Assembly (NCBI GenBank): GCA_002340355.1 | Contig: DDLX01000042.1 | Coordinates: 7,414 to 71,413 of the forward strand | Length of the DNA stretch: 64,000 nucleotides | Reading direction: 5' to 3' | DNA from: Cytophagales bacterium UBA2561 | GTDB lineage: Bacteria; Bacteroidota; Bacteroidia; Cytophagales; Thermoflexibacteraceae | In this document: piece by piece, positions 59,587-64,000 of the stretch | How the letters are laid out: the number at the start of each line of letters is the position of its first letter | Numbering within the stretch: position 1 is the first letter of the stretch | Notes under the pieces: model-generated | What the model was told of the DNA's origin: nothing | Seen by the model: only the letters and a program-made list of their open reading frames with translations | Database searches by the model: none | Made by a program: the position numbers and the translations under genes

Positions 59587-61776
59587 ATGACACAAGGATT
59601 TAAGAAAGTTATCGAACAACCGCACGGACTTCCTATCACATTGGAAACGGGACGGTTAGCACGTCAAGCACATGGTGCGGTCGTCCTACAAGTCGGGAAA
59701 ATGATGATTCTCGCAACGGCTGTTTCCGCAGAAGATGCTCGGGAAAACATTGATTTCTTCCCACTTTCGGTAGATTATCAAGAGAAATACGCAGGAGCAG
59801 GACGGATTCCCGGGGGGTTTCCTAAGCGTGAAAATCGACTATCAGAATACGAAATTTTGATTTCTCGTTTGGTTGATAGAGTAGTGCGTCCACTTTTCCC
59901 TGATGATTATTTTGCAGAAACACAGCTGAATATTCAACTAATTTCGGCAGACCCTGAAGTTTTGCCTGATGCTTATGTTGCTTTAGCGGCTTCAGCGGCA
60001 TTAACCGCTTCGGATATTCCTTTTACTACTCCCATTTCAGAAGTCAGAGTGATTAAGGTTGAAGAGGATTATATCGTAAATCCAACACCAGCCCAACTCG
60101 AAAAAGCAGAATTGGATTTGATGGTAGGTGCATCTTATGATAATATCATGATGGTCGAAGGAGAAGCTAAAGAAGTTTCTGAAGCCGAATTGATGCAAGC
60201 CATGCAAACCGCTCATGATGCTATCCGAACACACTGTACAGCACAAAAAGAATTGGAAGCCGAAGCAGGTAAAACTGAAAAACGAGAATATTCCCACATT
60301 ACACATGACGATGAATTAAAAACGTATTTGATGGATACTTACTATCAACGTTTTTATGATGTTGCCAAAAGTAATCAAGATAAAAAAGCACGAGGGAAAG
60401 GTTTCAAAGAAATCAAAAATGATTACTTCGATAATTTACCCGAAGATACTGATATAAATCTCTTCTTAGCAGGGCTTTATCTCAAAAGTGTCATGAAAAA
60501 AGCTTGTCGGGATTTAGTTTTAAACGAAGGAACTCGATTGGATGGACGAGAAACAACCGAAGTACGTCCCATTTGGAGTGAAGTGAATTATTTACCAGGG
60601 GCGCATGGATCTGCTATTTTTACACGAGGTGAAACGCAATCCTTAGCCACCACAACACTCGGTACAAAATTAGACGAAAAAATGATTGATGGTGTGATGC
60701 ATGTTGGGTATGATACCTTCTTATTGCATTACAATTTTCCTGCTTTTTCGACAGGTGAAGTAAAGCCTAATCGTGCGCCTAGCCGCCGAGAGATTGGACA
60801 TGGAAACTTAGCACATCGTGCTTTGAAATCAGTAATTCCTAATCATGATGATTTGCCTTATACGATTCGAATTACATCTGATATTTTAGAGTCAAATGGT
60901 TCGTCTTCAATGGCTACAGTTTGCGCTGGAACATTGGCTTTGATGGATGCAGGTATTCCAATTTCAAAACCTGTTTCGGGAATTGCAATGGGCTTGATTT
61001 CTGATCCCGAAAGTGGTAAAAGTGTCGTATTATCTGACATCTTAGGAGACGAAGATCATCTTGGTGACATGGACTTCAAAGTTACAGGAACGGAAGACGG
61101 AATTACGGCTTGCCAGATGGATATTAAAATTGATGGTTTACCTTACGAATTGTTAGATAAAGCACTCAATCAAGCTAAAGAAGGACGTTTACATATTCTT
61201 TCGAAAATGAAAGAAACACTTGCTGAGCCTCGTCCTGATTTCAAAGAAAGTGCGCCACGTATTGAGTCACTGAAAATTGATAAAGAGATGATTGGAGCAG
61301 TTATCGGACCTGGCGGGAAAGTCGTACAAGAAATCCAGAAAGTTTCTGAGGCAACTATCGTTATTGAAGAAAGTGATACGCATGGTTTGGTCAATATCTT
61401 TGCGAATAGTAAGGTAAAATTGGATAAAGCCTTAACTATGGTCAAGAATATTATTGCTGTTCCTGAAATCAATAAAATTTATACGGGTCGAGTAGTTTCA
61501 ATTATGGATTTTGGGGCATTTATTGAGTTCATGCCTGGCAAAGAAGGCTTATTACACATTTCAGAAGTGAAGTGGGAACGAGTCGAAACTTTGAGAGGAT
61601 TAATTGAAGAAGGTGAAGAAATCCAAGTTAAACTACTGGATGTAGATAAGAAAACAGGGAAATATCGTTTGTCTCGAAAAGTGTTGCTTCCAAAGCCTGA
61701 AGGTTATGTAGAAAGACCGCCACGGCAGCACCATCGCAGAGATAATCGAGGAGGAAGGCGAGACCGAAGACGCTAA
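59587..61776 (+). CDS. pnp: polyribonucleotide nucleotidyltransferase (PNPase)
   Basis: 729 aa with two RNase PH domains, KH (IGPGGK) and S1 domains, and an Arg-rich tail. Confidence 0.95.
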   Translation: MTQGFKKVIEQPHGLPITLETGRLARQAHGAVVLQVGKMMILATAVSAEDARENIDFFPLSVDYQEKYAGAGRIPGGFPKRENRLSEYEILISRLVDRVVRPLFPDDYFAETQLNIQLISADPEVLPDAYVALAASAALTASDIPFTTPISEVRVIKVEEDYIVNPTPAQLEKAELDLMVGASYDNIMMVEGEAKEVSEAELMQAMQTAHDAIRTHCTAQKELEAEAGKTEKREYSHITHDDELKTYLMDTYYQRFYDVAKSNQDKKARGKGFKEIKNDYFDNLPEDTDINLFLAGLYLKSVMKKACRDLVLNEGTRLDGRETTEVRPIWSEVNYLPGAHGSAIFTRGETQSLATTTLGTKLDEKMIDGVMHVGYDTFLLHYNFPAFSTGEVKPNRAPSRREIGHGNLAHRALKSVIPNHDDLPYTIRITSDILESNGSSSMATVCAGTLALMDAGIPISKPVSGIAMGLISDPESGKSVVLSDILGDEDHLGDMDFKVTGTEDGITACQMDIKIDGLPYELLDKALNQAKEGRLHILSKMKETLAEPRPDFKESAPRIESLKIDKEMIGAVIGPGGKVVQEIQKVSEATIVIEESDTHGLVNIFANSKVKLDKALTMVKNIIAVPEINKIYTGRVVSIMDFGAFIEFMPGKEGLLHISEVKWERVETLRGLIEEGEEIQVKLLDVDKKTGKYRLSRKVLLPKPEGYVERPPRQHHRRDNRGGRRDRRR

Positions 61777-61833
61777 AATTTCTATCCATTTATTTTTGGG
61801 TTTGTCCCTTATGAGGAGAATTTCATAAATGAG

Positions 61834-61860
61834 ATTCCTACGGTCATCGTAGGAATTTGA
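61834..61860 (+). terminator. hairpin terminator downstream of pnp
   Basis: ATTCCTACG-GTCAT-CGTAGGAAT followed by TTGATTTATC. Confidence 0.5.
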
Positions 61861-62020
61861 TTTATCAAATTCTTTTTTATGTCTATTTGATTAAAAATGC
61901 AACAATCTAAACATTAAGAATTAATAAACTTAAAATCAATATCTTATTATGAAAAAATGTATAATATGGTTATAATAGATTATTATCTTATTGCAAACAA
62001 AACACAGTTATATATGATAT

Positions 62021-62803
62021 CTAACCTATAGCAGTCGTTTTTTTCAATACTCGATACCCATTATCCAATTTGATTCTTCGGCGTACAGCTTCTCGCATAA
62101 ACTTCTCCATATCAGGAAAGTATTTTTCATCAATTGAATAAAATACAATCTGATAGATATATCCTGTTTCAGTACGTTTCTTAACTGTAACGGCAGGCTC
62201 CTTGGTAATTACTGACCAAGGGATATATAAGGTTAATTCTTGTAACATTCTGAGCGTTTCGGTAGTAGGCTGATAATCAAATAATTCGATTTCAATGGTA
62301 TAGCTTTTAACTTCATCTGAAGGATTAGGCTTAATAATTTTTTGTCCAATAAACAAACCATAGGGTAGAATGACAATTTCGCCTGTACTTAGCTCTAATT
62401 CAATAGCTAAATAACCTAATTTAGCAATTTTACCTGTATATTCATCTACCTGAATCAGTTGTTTTGCTTTAAGTTTTCCTGTTAATTTGAATACTAATCC
62501 TGCTAATAAGTCCTTGAAAAATAACCAGCTTGCGCCCAAAAAAACAATCACAAAGGCAATATGAGTAATCGGATTAGTATCCAACAAAGTCATTAGGACA
62601 TAAATAATATAGACTGCCCAAACAACTCCTTCCATTAGAGGAGCTTTCTTTGAGACTTGCCGAAAATTATGCTGATTTTGCCAAAGTGGGATAAGATAAC
62701 GCTTCAAAAATGTTAATACCACATAAAGAGCTATGCCAAGAACTACGGCATAAAAATAAGCGGAAGTCGGAATAGAAAAATCACCTTGTAGAAATTCATT
62801 CAT
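62021..62803 (-). CDS. small MscS-like mechanosensitive channel family protein
   Basis: 260 aa with three N-terminal TM segments, then VDEYTGKIAKLGYLAIELELSTGEIVILPYGLF, which resembles the MscS beta-domain pattern (G.V..I....T.L.T.DG..V.IPN). Confidence 0.45.
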   Translation of the reverse strand: MNEFLQGDFSIPTSAYFYAVVLGIALYVVLTFLKRYLIPLWQNQHNFRQVSKKAPLMEGVVWAVYIIYVLMTLLDTNPITHIAFVIVFLGASWLFFKDLLAGLVFKLTGKLKAKQLIQVDEYTGKIAKLGYLAIELELSTGEIVILPYGLFIGQKIIKPNPSDEVKSYTIEIELFDYQPTTETLRMLQELTLYIPWSVITKEPAVTVKKRTETGYIYQIVFYSIDEKYFPDMEKFMREAVRRRIKLDNGYRVLKKTTAIG

Positions 62804-62820
62804 AATTAATTATAAATCAG

Positions 62821-64000
62821 TTAGATAAGTTGTGCTTTGCGAAGTTGCTTGAGTAAATACGGCATGATATACGGATTCAATACAAAAACCTCTTTGCCGA
62901 CTTCTTGTAAAATTCCACTTCGTACTAATCCAAGAATCGTTTCTTTCAGGCGGTCTGTTTTTCCATAAGGATAAATTCGTGCTAATTTAGCAAAGCTAAT
63001 GTGTTTATGAAAAACAAACTGACTGATTAACAGTAATTTATCTGCATCTGTCAAGGTAGGCATTTTTTTAGTTATGGGTTCCGTAAGTACTAATTGTTCT
63101 CCCTGAATATCGGAAATATTCGAAATCCATAGCTGTAATGCCATTCCTATATTTCCTTCTGAGATATCCAAAATACGCCGAAATAATTTATCAGAACGAT
63201 TTTGTGGTAATTCATTTTCTGAATAATTATCATAACTAAAGTGTAAGCCTCCCGAATAGTGCCGTGCTAATATTGTTTGACGTAATTTATCAAAAGAAAA
63301 TGGAGATAGGTGAATAGTCGTAATCAGTTTTTCATACCACTCGGGGACACGAGTGAGAAAGTTTAAGGTATGAATATTGCAGTTCAAAATAAAAAAATAA
63401 TCTTTTCCATACTTATCAATCATTCGTCCGATGCGATTCAGAACGGCTGTTCCATTGACTAAGTTACGCTCCCACCAAAGCTCTAAATCATTGAAAATTA
63501 ATACAGAACCTTGTGGTAAAGTATCCATTATAGTTCCTTTATAACGTGTTTTAGTTTGTTCCCGAAATAGTCGAATAAATTCAGCCACTTTAGTTGAGCC
63601 TCCAATAGGGGGATTAATTCGAAAAACCTTGCCCTGAAAAAAATCGTGTGCCGATTTTTCGCAAAATAAACTTTTACCTGAAAGTATTTCACCTGTAACT
63701 AAAATGGCTCCTCCTGACCTCTTTTTAAGTTGTTCGGTGGCTTCTGCCATCATCTTCAACTCACGTTCTCGGTTGCGAATAATGGTCGTATTGGTCAACT
63801 GTTTGCCTGTAAAGAGCTGTCGATAATAAAAAGGAACATTTTCTATAATTTCCTCATTTGGAGTAACTTGATGTACAAAATTGCGGAGCGATCCGTATAC
63901 GTTTTCATATTGTTTATGTTTTTGTTGGAACTCGGCAATTAAAATATCTTCTTGGGTTTTTCCCAAAATTTTCCGTCCTTCTTCCTTAATTTTTTCAAAA
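62821..64000 (-). CDS. AAA/P-loop ATPase-like protein (5' end outside the window)
   Basis: The frame remains open upstream of the track's TTG at 63966 to the window end (FEKIKEEGRKI-LGKTQ...). Walker-A-like VTGEILSGKS and Walker-B-like VLIFNDLE are present. Confidence 0.45.
   Translation of the reverse strand, partial: FEKIKEEGRKILGKTQEDILIAEFQQKHKQYENVYGSLRNFVHQVTPNEEIIENVPFYYRQLFTGKQLTNTTIIRNRERELKMMAEATEQLKKRSGGAILVTGEILSGKSLFCEKSAHDFFQGKVFRINPPIGGSTKVAEFIRLFREQTKTRYKGTIMDTLPQGSVLIFNDLELWWERNLVNGTAVLNRIGRMIDKYGKDYFFILNCNIHTLNFLTRVPEWYEKLITTIHLSPFSFDKLRQTILARHYSGGLHFSYDNYSENELPQNRSDKLFRRILDISEGNIGMALQLWISNISDIQGEQLVLTEPITKKMPTLTDADKLLLISQFVFHKHISFAKLARIYPYGKTDRLKETILGLVRSGILQEVGKEVFVLNPYIMPYLLKQLRKAQLI

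Noticed and set aside
1-64000. CRISPR arrays, rRNA genes, retron or DGR reverse transcriptases, integrases.
   Set aside because: No regularly spaced direct repeats with unique spacers were found. No YADD-type reverse transcriptase or tyrosine/serine integrase motifs occur in any listed ORF. The only RNA genes seen are the three tRNAs.

Overview
AT-rich Bacteroidota-type chromosomal window, judged from a T9SS type-B (CHU_C-like) C-terminal sorting domain, TAnnTTTG-type -7 promoter boxes, DUF2851 and 7TMR-DISM sensors. No rRNA genes, CRISPR array, integrase or reverse transcriptase were seen. Most of the window is ordinary core content. This includes a phospho-sugar mutase, two paralogous ABC exporters, a 2386-aa PKD/cadherin-like surface protein, zupT and an SMR pump. 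It also includes metY, a DnaQ-like exonuclease, two tandem orphan histidine kinases, purL, comEC, trpC-trpF, an Hpt protein, a PLP dehydratase and pnp. There are two accessory patches. (1) At 19.1-23.8 kb, on the 3' side of a tRNA-Leu(GAG)/tRNA-Lys(UUU)x2 cluster, a gamma-class N6-adenine DNA methyltransferase is cleanly split between its catalytic and specificity parts by a ~1 kb insert encoding a DUF3800 protein. (2) At 36.3-46.8 kb, between the kinase cluster and purL, lie MITE-like elements, an IS110 relic, a RelE/ParE toxin-antitoxin pair and a frameshifted REP-associated tyrosine transposase. That transposase is flanked by 67-bp inverted REP arms and sits among three REPIN-like ~200-bp repeats. 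The most interesting signal is also in this patch. Three copies of a ~165-nt conserved promoter-plus-leader module each end at the ATG of a different orphan gene, with a fixed 96-97 nt offset. The genes are a beta-pore-forming-toxin-like protein, an operon of an Hjc-like PD-(D/E)xK nuclease-fold protein with a possible papain-fold Cys/His protein, and a 152-aa unknown. I read this as a candidate co-regulated set of toxin/effector-like cassettes of undescribed function. All functional calls rest on motif recognition by eye; no database searches were run.
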